Source: Atractiella rhizophila (lineage: Eukaryota). From it: a stretch of DNA of 35,930 nucleotides. The notes beneath the pieces are model-generated. The model made no database searches, was not told the origin of the DNA, and worked only from the letters and a program-made list of their open reading frames with translations. Positions within the stretch are counted from its first letter, which is position 1. Every line of letters starts with the position of its first letter. Positions 33,702 to 35,930 of the stretch are shown here, in pieces. The stretch covers positions 1-35,930 of the forward strand of contig MU271646.1 in NCBI GenBank assembly GCA_021432655.1, read 5' to 3'. A program made the position numbers and the translations under genes.

Positions 33702-35273
33702 ATGTCATCCTCCACCGTGCAAGAACAGCTCGATCTCGCTCTCCAACGTGAGGCTTTCGAGGAAGTTCTCTCGGCAAGTCGTACCTACCTCACCGGTTCG
33801 TTCTCTTCCTTGCTTCCTTGCTTCAGCATCCGACGGTTGCTGAAATGAGCACAGCTTTGTTTGCGATCTACGGCTGGGATTTCATCGTCACTTTCCCAGA
33901 TGAGTACAAGATGATGTGGAAAGCGGAGCGATGGACTCCAGTCCGCGTCGCCTTCTTCCTCAACCGGTGTGTCCCTCTGCTTCTGCTGGCTGAAGCTGAA
34001 GGTTGAAGCAACGGTCAAGTTACTACGGACTCTTGGACAATGTCATGTTCATGTGTCTCTTCTGGTTCAAAATCAAACCAAAAACGTGCGACAAGATTCA
34101 CCTTCTCGAACCTATCGCCAGTGCAGCCGTCGTTTGTACATATTATCTTCCCTTACAATTGGAGTCGAAAGGAAACTGATCGACGCGAATTCGGTTGCAG
34201 TGATTTGTGAATTCCTGTTTGCAGCGAGAGTGTTGGCGGTGTGGAATCGCCGGAGATGGATTGCTTGGTTCTTTGGTACATTTGCGATCTTCGCTTTTGT
34301 GGTTCAGGTCTGGTCTGTTATTCCGAATAGAGCATTGGTTTTGTACGTTTTCATACTTCAAGGAAGAGACGTTGGCTGATAAGTGAATAGACCTCCAGGT
34401 TCGAGAGGCTGTTTCTCTGCCCGAGGAGCGAAAAAGTGATTCGTGTCTTCCTAAATCTGACATCCACAAAGCTGATGCTTCCCGAAGCTACATATGGGTC
34501 TATTGGTTTGTGTTCCACCAAACTTGTGTCAGATGGCTGATAGGAACCACAGGGTGCCCCCTCTCCTCTATGATACGACCGCCACGATATTCGTGACCCT
34601 GTCCGTCCCTTGACCCGCCTTCCGATGACCGCTAACTTGTAAAAAGGCCGCTCATTTCTCACTGGCGCAAGTCGCAACGGACTCGCCTCCTCACCATCTT
34701 TGCGCGTGACGGAGTTCTTTATTTTTTTGTGATATTCGTCTGCAACCTGGTGAACGTGATTTACTTCTCGTTCGTCCTTATAATTTTACTGTCCGTGCTT
34801 TTTGCTAACAATTCGCGAACGAAACAGCATCCCTACAGTTGTGAACCCTGTTCTCAACGCTCCACTTCCACTGATATTCACGACCATGATGGCATCTCGC
34901 ATCGTTCTCCATCTTCGGTCAGTCGCTCCCGTCGCAAACTCGCGAGAAGAAGGCCCTTCAAGCCACAGCGGGTCGGGGCGACGAAATACAATCGCACACT
35001 TTGGCAGCAACAATCAACCCAGCACACACGGCGGACGGGAGGTCCGGCTTCAAAGCTTAGGGAGGAGAATGGAGGGGAGTTTACCTCTTAATTATGAAGG
35101 CGTGCTAGTTAGCGTCGAACAGGTGACAAACCTAGAAAAAAAGTCGGTTCATTGCTCATTCTTGACGAAGATTCTGATGGGAAGATAGACTGGAGCCTTC
35201 ACCAGATGTGGACGGTCATGATGAGTACTCTGCTTCGGAGTATGATGTTCAAATTTCGGCAAAGAGCCCGTAA
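33702..35273 (+). CDS. DUF6533-family 7-TM membrane protein, apparently intact
   Basis: ATG 33702 MSSSTVQEQLDLALQREAFEEVLSASRTYLT|ALFAIYGWDFIVTFPDEYKMMWKAERWTPVRVAFFLNR|YYGLL...CEFLFAARV; 18-nt micro-exon at 34488-34505; PPLLYDT; RDGVLYF; MMASRIVLHLR; last exon LEPSPDVDGHDEYS... to TAA at 35271-35273. All exons join in frame. Confidence 0.85.
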
Positions 35274-35930
35274 AAGGCCAGTTTTGTTAGACCTTGCCGT
35301 AGGTGGTGTTTCAACTATGTTTCTGCATTTGTGACTTTCCGCCACACATCAATATTAGTATACTCACACAAGCATCCATCACATGAAATAATGTTTTTGC
35401 ATCCATCTACTCTTCTCCAGGGAACTGAGCTCAGAGCCGTGAAGAAGAGCTGGAGTTGATTGGAATTGGAGTCGTTTCCCGTTCAACTTCTCATCTTCAA
35501 ACTCCTGGCATATGCTCCCATCGGTCTCCGATTGGGTTGAGTAGACAAAGAACCGTTTTATGAGTCTCAACCCCCAACCCCGTGAATGTGAGAGAATCGA
35601 TGGTACTGCAATCATCGACGTCCTCGAAAGCAACTATATTCCGGGGCAGGGACATTCAGCATCATCTGCCGCCTTGCAAGTTCCTTCGGCGTTAGCAAGG
35701 CCGATGCATCAACGTTAAACTGGAAGCTGGAAGCTTGCATGAAATGCGTGGATGCTTCACTCGCGACACTCCTTCAAGTTCCTTAAGCTCAAGCACCGCG
35801 AGGCATTTCGCCTTCCACTCAGACACATTACGCCATATATTCTTCATTGCACCTTTCGCTCGTTACAACGACATCTCACCACTGCACGCCGGCGGGCTTC
35901 TACCTCTCCTGCAATCTGTTTGCACCGTCC

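Noticed and set aside
35379..35930. Possible minus-strand gene end at the window edge
   Set aside because: Frames are interrupted by stops and no homology is recognisable.

Overview
Intron-rich fungal genomic DNA, most likely a basidiomycete (short GT-AG introns, micro-exons, DUF6533-type genes). Spliced genes were rebuilt by hand. In order: the 3' end of a DHDPS-family aldolase (+); a NOL8-like nucleolar RRM protein (+) tail-to-tail with an apparently intact QDE-1-type RNA-dependent RNA polymerase (-); a damaged DUF6533 7-TM gene (+); a ~3.42 kb tandem duplication giving two identical-looking Zn/NADP alcohol dehydrogenase genes plus DUF6533 and SSZ1 fragments; SSZ1 (-); an intact DUF6533 gene (-); TAF13 with three apparent 1-nt deletions (+); three tandem F-box/LRR-like genes (one pseudogene); a Cwc23/DNAJC17 J-protein (-) with an in-CDS T20 run and a 724-bp duplicate of its 3' half; and another intact DUF6533 gene (+). 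The window is a local duplication and gene-decay hotspot. I found no clearly new biological system. The best leads are the mosaic duplication, the 8-bp convergent RdRP junction, the synonymous-biased J-less Cwc23 duplicate and the GPCR-like DUF6533 cluster. Several could be assembly or haplotype artefacts.
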